Positions 31,537-39,717 of a DNA stretch of 64,000 nucleotides are shown here, piece by piece. Every line of letters starts with the position of its first letter. The stretch's first letter is position 1. Under the pieces are notes generated by a model. It worked only from the letters and a program-made list of their open reading frames with translations, was not told the origin of the DNA and searched no databases. Position numbers and translations under genes: made by a program. The stretch comes from Halarcobacter sp. (GTDB lineage: Bacteria; Campylobacterota; Campylobacteria; Campylobacterales; Arcobacteraceae): assembly GCA_048571215.1 (NCBI GenBank), contig CP182352.1:352001-416000 (forward strand), in the 5' to 3' direction.

Positions 31537-32508
31537 TTAAATTTTTTCTGAATCATATGGTACATTATTTTTATATACGGCATGAGCAATAACTAATAGT
31601 TTTCTCATAATTGCTACTTGTATAACTGTAGTATGTTTTCCATTTTCTTTTAGTCTATCATAAAACTTTCTTAATCTTTCGTTATTTCTTATTGATGTCA
31701 TTGCTGGCATAAACAAAGTACCTCTACATATTTTTGAACCTGCTTTTGATATTTTTGTTTTTCCATTAACTGATATACCTGAACTTTTTTCTATTGGATC
31801 TAATCCTGCTAAAGATACTATCTGTTTTTGATTAGCATTTTTATATTGAATAAAATGTATAAGTAATACAATTGAAGATATTTCTCCTATACCATCAATT
31901 GTTTGCAAATTATTAAATGATTGTTGAAGTTTCTCATCTTTTTTTATGATTGATTTTATTTTTTTGATAATTTTTTGTTCTTGTTTTTTTAAAAATTGAT
32001 ATTGTAATTCAAACTCTTTTATCAAATAGCTTTTATCTTTTTTTGCTTTTAAAGCAGCTATATGGTTTTTAGTTATAACTTGTTGTTTAATAATTAATTT
32101 ATATCCAGAAATAAGCTCTTTTAATTCTTCTTCTATGGTATCTACAATAGGTATTTTAATATCTTTATCTTTAGCTGTAACAATCATTTTAGATAAAAGC
32201 TGTGCATCTTTTATATCATTTTTATTTCTATATCCCATTACTTTTGCAAAGCTAGCACTTTTTTTAGGATTTACTATAAAGCTTTTTATATTTTTGTTTG
32301 CACAAAACTGTTTTAAAAGAAATGAATAATTAGCTGTTGGTTCATAAACAAATACTAATTTATCTATCTCTTTTTTATAAAGCTTTTTTAGTTTAGAGTA
32401 CAAACTTTTTATTCCATTTAAACTATTATCAATAATTAAATCTAAATCATTTATTGGAATATAAACATTAATTGTTGACTTACTTACATCTAATCCGATA
32501 GAATACAT
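31537..32508 (-). CDS. IS110 DEDD recombinase/transposase
   Basis: IGLDVSK, YEPT, KNDIKDA, TIDGIG, AGLDP..KSSG, AIMRKL. Confidence 0.93.
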   Translation of the reverse strand: MYSIGLDVSKSTINVYIPINDLDLIIDNSLNGIKSLYSKLKKLYKKEIDKLVFVYEPTANYSFLLKQFCANKNIKSFIVNPKKSASFAKVMGYRNKNDIKDAQLLSKMIVTAKDKDIKIPIVDTIEEELKELISGYKLIIKQQVITKNHIAALKAKKDKSYLIKEFELQYQFLKKQEQKIIKKIKSIIKKDEKLQQSFNNLQTIDGIGEISSIVLLIHFIQYKNANQKQIVSLAGLDPIEKSSGISVNGKTKISKAGSKICRGTLFMPAMTSIRNNERLRKFYDRLKENGKHTTVIQVAIMRKLLVIAHAVYKNNVPYDSEKI

Positions 32509-32574
32509 TTCTAGAACCTTTATTTTAGGATAAAGAGTTCGTTAGGGTAGGATTTCTCCTACCTGATAATTGTT

Positions 32575-32760
32575 ATACAAACTTTAGACTTATAAAATAC
32601 GAACTAGTTATAAAACTGTTCTTGTTGCCACTCAAATTTAAAGTATAACTATCAAACTCGCCATCAAGCTAATTATAAATTATTTTTTATAATTGCTTTA
32701 GTTCCGCAACGATATATTATCTTTCAAACTCTTTGGAAATATATTAACTATATTCCCTTA
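32575..32760 (-). ncRNA. IS110 bridge RNA (ends approximate)
   Basis: Two stem-flanked internal loops whose guides match the target (32700-32711, 32655-32661) and donor (32624-32631, 32588-32594); TATAAT on the minus strand at 32766-32771. Confidence 0.8.
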
Positions 32761-33137
32761 AATGTATTATATAAGTTCCGCAACGTAGTAAATATTTTAT
32801 AAATCGGAAGGCACCTTTAGGTTCTGAAGCCGTTGTGGCTTTTTTGCTTCTTTTTTACCACCAAAAAAGATGATATTATAGAAAAGAGGAAAAGGTGATT
32901 GTCCCCTTTTACTCACTCAATTATTTTATAAATAGAATTGTACTTTTAAGAAAAGGTACCTTTTATCTTTTATCTGTCCTATTTTATCTATCTTAAATTA
33001 TAAAAGTGGAGACTCATCCGCAGGGGTTTTACTTTGGGTGTTACTTTAAAACTATATAATATTTTATAATGGTTTTAATTGTTTTTATTCTTATAAAAGA
33101 TAAAATAAGAGTAATTTTAAATAATAAAGAGAGATAT

Positions 33138-34955
33138 ATGAAGTTACAATTTTTAAAACCTTATCCTAATTCATCTATTACAGAAAAATTTGAAGATATT
33201 GAAATTAATGATTTTGCCATTATAACAGGTAAAAATGGAGTAGGAAAAACTCACTTACTAGAAGCAATTGTACATAATGATAATTATATAAATATAGATG
33301 GTGGTGTAAATGCAATATATTTTAATTATAATGATTTTGTTGTTGAAAACACTTCATCTAATCAGCAAAAAAATAAATCACAATTAAAGAAAAAAAACAG
33401 TAATGCACATAATATAAATCAAGAGTTACAAAATGTAAAAAATAGAATTAGTCAATCTATACGTACACCATTAATAAATGCTTTTCGTGAAAATAATCAA
33501 TTAATTAATCAAGTTTACTCTTATATTTTAAATAGAGTTGAGTTTTTAAATATTCCTTCATTTGATGAATTTCAAAGTAACTTAATAAGGTATACAAATG
33601 ATATTGAGCTTTTAAATAGTATATATACTCTTTTAAATCAATCAGTTGATGATTTTTCTAAAACAAAAGATAAAAAGTTTAATTTTTATTATAAAAAAGC
33701 AAATAGTTTAAATTTATCTATTCAACAAATAAATAATACTCATTTAGAATATAAAGAAACTTGGCTTGGACAACTTTTAGAGAATGAATTTAAAGGTTAT
33801 ATAAAAGCCTTTGACAAAGCTCAAAGAAAAATTATTAGGAATAGTTCTAAAAACATAACGCAAGCAGAAATTGAAGAAAGAATAATAAAAGAGGTTGGAG
33901 TAGCACCTTGGATTATGCTAAATGAAATATTAGAAATGTATAGTTGTAATGGTTATATTATAGATAGAGATCTTGCATATGGCATAGAAACTTACCAAAA
34001 TATAGACCAACAACCATTAAATATAGTATTGAAAAATTATAAAATTGATAGAACAATTAATTTAGATAGATTATCGTCAGGAGAGAAAACTTTATTTGCA
34101 CTTGCAGTAGCACTATATCGTCAAGAGAAGGACAAAAATTTACCAACAGTATTACTTCTAGATGAAATTGATAGTTCTTTACATCCTTCTATGTGTAGGC
34201 AACTTTTAGATGTTTTAGAAAATGTGTTTGTAAAGAAACATAATTTAAAGATTATTATGGTGACTCATTCTCCTTCAACAGTTGCATTAGCCCCTGATGA
34301 TTCAGTATATGTATTAGAAAATAATAATGGAAAAATTAATTTAGAAAATAAAAATAAAGATGAAGCTATCAAGTTCTTGTCAGATGGTTTTGCTACATTT
34401 AATGATGGACTTTTATTTTTAGATAGACTATTAAATAATGATAAAAAAATATCAATTTTAACAGAAGGTAAGAACACTTTATATATAGAAAAAGCTATAT
34501 CTTTACTTGCTCCTGAAATATCAAATGATATAGAAGTTATAAAGGGAGCAGAATCAAAAAGTGGAAAAACTCAGTTGAAAACTTTGTTTGATTTCATTTC
34601 AAAAATTAAACATAACCAGACAATATTTTTTATTTGGGATGGCGATTGTAGTGAATATACAAAATTAGAAGAAGAAAATAATATTATACCTTTTATTTTT
34701 GAAAAAAATAATGATAATGAAATTTCAAAAAAAGGTATTGAAAATCTTTTTAGAGAAGAATTATTTGAAGGTTTTTATACTGAAATAAAGAAATCAGATG
34801 GAATTATATATAAAACATTCGAAGAAAATAGAAAAAATGATTTTTTTAATTTAATTGAAGAAAGAAATCAAAAAGATGATTTTGAAAAGTTTAAGCCTTT
34901 AGTTCAAATACTAACTGATAAAATAAAAGGAGATTCTAAATTAAAAAATCAATAA
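33138..34955 (+). CDS. ABC-type ATPase fused to a C-terminal TOPRIM-like domain (OLD-like, probable defence protein)
   Basis: GKNGVGKT, LSSGEK, LLLDEID, VTHSP, then LTEGK, WDGD, GIENLF; start taken as ATG 33138. Confidence 0.75.
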   Translation: MKLQFLKPYPNSSITEKFEDIEINDFAIITGKNGVGKTHLLEAIVHNDNYINIDGGVNAIYFNYNDFVVENTSSNQQKNKSQLKKKNSNAHNINQELQNVKNRISQSIRTPLINAFRENNQLINQVYSYILNRVEFLNIPSFDEFQSNLIRYTNDIELLNSIYTLLNQSVDDFSKTKDKKFNFYYKKANSLNLSIQQINNTHLEYKETWLGQLLENEFKGYIKAFDKAQRKIIRNSSKNITQAEIEERIIKEVGVAPWIMLNEILEMYSCNGYIIDRDLAYGIETYQNIDQQPLNIVLKNYKIDRTINLDRLSSGEKTLFALAVALYRQEKDKNLPTVLLLDEIDSSLHPSMCRQLLDVLENVFVKKHNLKIIMVTHSPSTVALAPDDSVYVLENNNGKINLENKNKDEAIKFLSDGFATFNDGLLFLDRLLNNDKKISILTEGKNTLYIEKAISLLAPEISNDIEVIKGAESKSGKTQLKTLFDFISKIKHNQTIFFIWDGDCSEYTKLEEENNIIPFIFEKNNDNEISKKGIENLFREELFEGFYTEIKKSDGIIYKTFEENRKNDFFNLIEERNQKDDFEKFKPLVQILTDKIKGDSKLKNQ

Positions 34956-34981
34956 TATTTCTATCAAGAAATAAAGGGGAC

Positions 34982-35187
34982 AAAATAAAGGAGACAGGCA
35001 CCTTTTTATATAAAACTAATTTGATAAAGATTCATTTTTAAAAAGTAGCTAAAAATTCATACATGGTGGAGATGTCATCCCTCGAAAATAAAGGAGACAG
35101 GCACCTTTTTATATAAAACTAATTTGATAAAGATTCATTTTCAAAAAGTAGCTAAAAATTCATACATGGTGGAGATGTCATCCCTCG
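34982..35187. repeat. 103-bp tandem duplication including a tmRNA 3'-end copy
   Basis: 34982-35084 and 35085-35187 differ by one base; TGGTGGAGATGTC at 35064 and 35167. Confidence 0.92.
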
Positions 35188-35276
35188 AAGTTTAATTTAT
35201 ATGGGAGGTTTGAGAGTATATTTTTTTAAAGACCCCTTAAATAGTATCTTAAAATTTATATATATAGAAATATTTT

Positions 35277-35711
35277 TTAGTCTTTCCAATCTCTATCATT
35301 ATAAAAATCTCTTAAACTTTTGCCATGAAGCATTAATCTTGCATGGTTTACTTCTTTTACAACATCACAGTTAGGGTTTTGTAAACCGGAAAATATACCA
35401 CTTTCATCTTTTATATAGTCATAATTATGTTTATTAATAATTTCTTTTATTGAAATATTTAATTTATTATATCTGTCTTGATTAGAAATTTCTTTTTTGA
35501 TTTCATAGCTTTTTATTTTTTGGCAATTTAATCTATACCTGTAATAATCAACTTTTTTTTGTAAAGTTAATTTTACTTTTAATTTATTTTCTAAGTCTAT
35601 ATATTCTTCTTTGTCAGCATAGTTATCAGGGAAACTATTTCTTAATTCAACAATACTATGATTAATACCTAATATCTCAAGGTCTAAATTCATTAATTCT
35701 CTTTTATCCAT
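35277..35711 (-). CDS. Hypothetical protein (cassette cargo)
   Basis: 144 aa ORF, no recognised motif. Confidence 0.6.
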   Translation of the reverse strand: MDKRELMNLDLEILGINHSIVELRNSFPDNYADKEEYIDLENKLKVKLTLQKKVDYYRYRLNCQKIKSYEIKKEISNQDRYNKLNISIKEIINKHNYDYIKDESGIFSGLQNPNCDVVKEVNHARLMLHGKSLRDFYNDRDWKD

Positions 35712-35734
35712 AAAAAATTATATCTAAAAAAAGA

Positions 35735-35935
35735 TTATATTTTTTTATTCATCCAATTATTAACTTTTTCCTCTTCCCAAACAGTAACCCTAGGGCTTAA
35801 TTTTATTGGTTTAGGAAATTTACCTTCTTTAACCCATAACCAAATGGTACTTTTAGCAAGTCTAGTTTTTTTATATCTAATTTTTTTAATAATAAAAAGA
35901 TAATTTAAATTGTTGGCAGTTGTCTTGTAGAGCAA
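35735..35935 (-). pseudogene. AlpA-family HTH/excisionase, N-terminally degenerate
   Basis: KKTRLAKSTIWLWVKEGKFPKPIKLSPRVTVWEEEKV; lacks the usual LLRLxEV start. Confidence 0.7.
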
Positions 35936-36130
35936 AGCTCTCCGCTTTCATACTTTTTAATTGTAAAAAGTATGGCTTGTGCTTGCACTCTCTTTGAGAA
36001 AAAGCAACCAGACACGTTGTTGAAGCTAAAGTTCCCTCCCACTTTACTTTTTTAAAGCTAGTCTGCGAAACTCTTTGCTACTTTCTTTTTTACAAAAGAA
36101 AGTCGGAATAAGTTAAGACGTACAGTAAAA
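35921..36130. repeat. Structured element, copy C (internally deleted)
   Basis: Left start joined at CGAAACTC (36083) to the terminal TTTGCTACTTT...AAAGTCG...AAGACGTACAGTAAAA. Confidence 0.8.
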
Positions 36131-36368
36131 ATATATTTGAAATCAAATATTTTATAAATAGAATTGCACTTTTAAGAAAAGGTGCTTGACCCATTATATC
36201 TATCTAAATTATAAAAGTGGAGATTCATCCTCAGGGGTGTTACTTTCACCAAAGGTGACAAATGAAATAAAAAATATTTGAGAATGTATTTATTTTGATT
36301 ACAATTTGCAATAGAATTTATAAACATATAAATTATTTGATAAAATATCTTAATTAAAGGAGAAAAAT

Positions 36369-37709
36369 ATGATATTTACACAATATGATTTTGAAAAGTT
36401 TAGAGACGATCCCTCTAAGTTTATGGAAGAGGTTACAAAAAAAATCAATCAAGGTGACACAAAAATGATTCTTGCAAAAGAGCCAATTAATGATAAGTAT
36501 CCAAAAGAAGAAGGTATATTTTTTATTCATAACAAATTAATGAATTTAGAAGATATTTCAACAAATAATATTGCTGAGTCATTAAAAGATTACACTGATT
36601 TTATGAAAAAACATAAAATAAAAGTTATAAAAGAATATGATTCTGAATGTTCTTTAGCATATAAAGGTGAAATTCCAAAAATAAAAGTTGAAAACTTTGA
36701 AACACAATCCTTTTATAATTATGATAAATTTCAAATCATCGATGGATATACATTAAGTAGAAACGATAATCAAGATATCTTAGGGTATTTAAAACCAATT
36801 GATTATAGTTATGCCTTAGATAGTAATGCTGCATCTTTCTTTGCAAGATATATTAGCAATAATGATCTTAAATATAAGGACTTATATAATCAAATTATTT
36901 CAGACGAAAATAATATTGATATAGCACCATATATTTTCGAAACAGTTCTACATGGATTAAAAGATTTTGGTATAAATTATAAACTTAATAAGAAAAATAA
37001 AAATAAAACGCAGGCTGGTTTTTTTGAAACACTTAAAATTTTACATAGAGAAGGATTATTTAAAGAAAAATTAGGAAAGATATTTATCAATAATATTATA
37101 AATGGTACGAATCCTCTCATTAAATACTATGGAATATTAGGTTTTCAGTCACATTTATTTTTGCTTTATTTGTTAGAAGCAAGATATAAATTTGGGAAAG
37201 CTCCTAATAAAATAAAAGATTATGTTTATGATGAAATGAGGAAAACAAATATTCCAATAGAAAATAGATTTAAAGCACTAATATATCTTTTTTGTGATAA
37301 TCCTGGTCATAAATTCTTTGAAAAAGTTATAAACTTTCCTAAAAAAGCTTCGAATCTTGAGAATTACATGAAAAATGTAGATAATACAGGAAGAGATATT
37401 GCATTAATTTCGTTAGAAAAATATGTATATGGTAAATTGAATATTTACCCTTTTATGGCATCTGATGATGAAGGCTTAATAGAAATGTTTAAAGATACCA
37501 AGCCTGATTATGTTTTTATATTTGATGGTATGGCAAGTCCTATGTATAAAAAGATAAATAATGAAATGCAGAAAAAACATTTAAACTATTTTGAAACTAA
37601 TAATCCTAAAGATACAATTAAGTATCAAGAAGGAACACTAGAAGATCTAATTAAAACATATAAAGATAGAAAAAATTCTTTTATAAGCTTAATTGCTGAA
37701 AATAAATAA
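36369..37709 (+). CDS. Hypothetical protein with a possible PIN-like nuclease domain
   Basis: 446 aa, AAGGAG RBS; YALDSN...E...RD...SDD acidic pattern. Confidence 0.6.
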   Translation: MIFTQYDFEKFRDDPSKFMEEVTKKINQGDTKMILAKEPINDKYPKEEGIFFIHNKLMNLEDISTNNIAESLKDYTDFMKKHKIKVIKEYDSECSLAYKGEIPKIKVENFETQSFYNYDKFQIIDGYTLSRNDNQDILGYLKPIDYSYALDSNAASFFARYISNNDLKYKDLYNQIISDENNIDIAPYIFETVLHGLKDFGINYKLNKKNKNKTQAGFFETLKILHREGLFKEKLGKIFINNIINGTNPLIKYYGILGFQSHLFLLYLLEARYKFGKAPNKIKDYVYDEMRKTNIPIENRFKALIYLFCDNPGHKFFEKVINFPKKASNLENYMKNVDNTGRDIALISLEKYVYGKLNIYPFMASDDEGLIEMFKDTKPDYVFIFDGMASPMYKKINNEMQKKHLNYFETNNPKDTIKYQEGTLEDLIKTYKDRKNSFISLIAENK

Positions 37710-38418
37710 AGACAATATCTATAGAGAAAATGCACAATTTATAAATCAAGAAGGCAAAAAGAATAAAAGGATTATTGTGAAACATAGAAAAAATAAAAAT
37801 TTAAATAAAAAGAACTCTAATTTTCATATTATGGATAATCCTTTTAATGGATTATCGGAAGAACAAAGAAAGCAAGTGTTTGAGGATGTATCAAAAAAAG
37901 CTGAAGAAAAATATGAGCCAACAAAAGAAAAAATATTTGCTATTTTAAAAGAATATGATTTTAGACTTATATTATCATTCTTAGCTACTTATAATCTAAT
38001 GGCTAGTGTAGGAAGAAAGGGGATAAGTAAAGATAAAGAACCTTTCCTAACACAAGCTCATATTGAAATTTGTCAATCATTTATATTAACTATTCCTGAA
38101 GAAGAAATGAAATTCAAAGTTCCTCCTCATAGCATATACAAAGAACTAATGGATTTGTTAAAAGAACTTTTAGAATCTATACATTATAAAAATATGAAAG
38201 CTGATTTTATTGATTTAGAAGCAGAAAAGAAATCTCAAAAAATGATTCAAGAATTTGTTAAAAGTCATACTCAAGTTGTTCGTAATTGGGGCTCATTTTC
38301 TCAAGTAAAACAAATCACTAGTGAAATCTACTCAAAATTTGATGAAGAATTACAAAAAAACTATAATTATACTTGTAATAATTTAATTGAATTTTTCCAA
38401 TATCTGATAGGAAATTAG
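37693..38418 (+). pseudogene. Hypothetical protein, probably 3'-truncated at the cassette end
   Basis: Stop codon falls in the first bases of the 38411-38579 repeat; true start uncertain. Confidence 0.5.
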
Positions 38419-38579
38419 GGGTCATGCGATAACGATAACCTAGAAAAAAGATTAGAGGTACTTTTTATATATAAAAACTTACTGTGATACTTTTAGAAAA
38501 TTAAACGATAAAAATGATATAAGGACTATTGGACTTTTATTTAAGTAATAAAGTAATGGTGGAGATGTCCTGAATTGAA
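38411..38579. repeat. About 170-bp direct repeat (att arm plus tmRNA 3' end), copy 1
   Basis: Near-identical to 39550-39717; ends TGGTGGAGATGTCCTGAATTGAA. Confidence 0.92.
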
Positions 38580-38730
38580 TTTTATTCTTTAAGAGCTTAA
38601 TATAAGCCTTTTATGATTTTTTTAAACTAGTGATATGCCATTAAATATGCCACTTGGACTATACGTTGAAAAATAAAAGGTTTATGTAGTTCAATGTGTA
38701 TTTCTTAAAGTCAAAAGTTATACTTCAAAA

Positions 38731-39348
38731 TCAACTAAAAACTTTATTTAGACCTTTTTGTAGAATTGTTTTCATTTTTTCACAATCAGCAATCATGCAA
38801 TCAATTGATGCTTTTATATAGTCATCATTTTCTAAAGTATCTTCATAATTTATATATTCATAACCATTAAAAGTTACTATCATATCAAAAAATAGTCTTA
38901 ATGCTCGTCCATTTCCTTCGTTAAAAGGGTGTAATACATTCAATTCGCAAATATAAAAAGCAAGCTTATCTATAAACTCATCTTTTTTTGATATGTCTTC
39001 AAAGTCTTTTAAAAAATTGTCATTTTTTAATTTTATAAAAATCTCATTAGAAAATGACGATAGATTTGAGTAAGGACAAAACATACTTTCATCTTTTGAT
39101 ATGTTAACAGTTCTAAATTTTCCTGCCCAATCATATAATTGAAAAAAGATTTGTTCATGAACTTTACAAAGGTATTTTTCATCAAATTTTATATTTTCAT
39201 CTAGTTCTGTATGAAGATGTTCATAAGCTCTAGCTAATAATTCTTTTTCAATCTCAGTTATAATCTTAAGTTCTTTGATATTTAGTTTATTTATAGGAAT
39301 ATCACTATTTTCATAATAAATGTGATTTGAAGGAGGATAATATTTCAT
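38731..39348 (-). CDS. Fic-domain toxin (FicT/VbhT-like AMP transferase)
   Basis: YDWAGKFRTVNISK and HPFNEGNGRALR. Confidence 0.92.
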   Translation of the reverse strand: MKYYPPSNHIYYENSDIPINKLNIKELKIITEIEKELLARAYEHLHTELDENIKFDEKYLCKVHEQIFFQLYDWAGKFRTVNISKDESMFCPYSNLSSFSNEIFIKLKNDNFLKDFEDISKKDEFIDKLAFYICELNVLHPFNEGNGRALRLFFDMIVTFNGYEYINYEDTLENDDYIKASIDCMIADCEKMKTILQKGLNKVFS

Positions 39349-39482
39349 TATTTAAGTAAAGATAAATATTGTTTCACTTTTTTTAATATTTCTTTATCCT
39401 TAGTAGGCTTATAACCCTCAATTTGATTTGAAATTGAAGCTGTTTTTAAAGCTTTTTTTCTAGAAAAAGGTGGTTTACTCAT
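39348..39482 (-). CDS. Fic antitoxin (FicA/VbhA-like), 44 aa, absent from the ORF track
   Basis: MSKPPFSRKKALKTASISNQIEGYKPTKDKEILKKVKQYLSLLK; SxxxEG inhibitory motif; TAATG coupling to fic; AAGGAG RBS. Confidence 0.82.
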   Translation of the reverse strand: MSKPPFSRKKALKTASISNQIEGYKPTKDKEILKKVKQYLSLLK

Positions 39483-39549
39483 AACTTAACTCCTTATACA
39501 ATTCTAATATTATACCAGATTATTTAAATTAAATCTATATTTACCTATA

Positions 39550-39717
39550 GAAATTAGGGTTATGTGATAACGATAAGCTAGAAAAAAGATGAGAGGTACT
39601 TTTTATATATAAAAATTTACTGTGATACTTTTAGAAAATTAAATGATAAAAATGATATAAGGACTATTAGACTTTTATTTAAGTAATAAAGTAATGGTGG
39701 AGATGTCCGGAATTGAA
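39550..39717. repeat. About 170-bp direct repeat, copy 2 (attL-like, includes the true tmRNA 3' end)
   Basis: Matches 38411-38579, offset about 1138 bp. Confidence 0.92.

Larger units (their letters stand above)
31486..32777 (-). mobile_element. IS110-family insertion sequence (about 1.29 kb)
   Basis: AGTT at both junctions (31486-31489, 32774-32777); no terminal IRs; long non-coding end upstream of the recombinase. Confidence 0.9.
31067..32872. repeat. Structured non-coding element, copy B, interrupted by IS110
   Basis: Aligns to copy A over 31067-31489 and resumes at 32778; stem 31409-31426 pairs with 32788-32805 across the IS. Confidence 0.8.
29666..39717. mobile_element. Composite accessory island at the ssrA 3' end, made of tandem cassettes with no integrase gene
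   Basis: Copies of the tmRNA 3' end at 38557, 35167, 35064 and (degenerate) 29666; AlpA remnants, TA genes and an IS inside. Confidence 0.8.

Noticed and set aside
30463..34955. Retron (structured ncRNA plus ATPase-TOPRIM effector)
   Set aside because: No reverse transcriptase (YADD-type) ORF in the window, and the element also occurs next to unrelated cargo
35064..38579. tRNA genes at the TGGTGGAG motifs
   Set aside because: Only 13-23 nt matching the tmRNA 3' end; no cloverleaf
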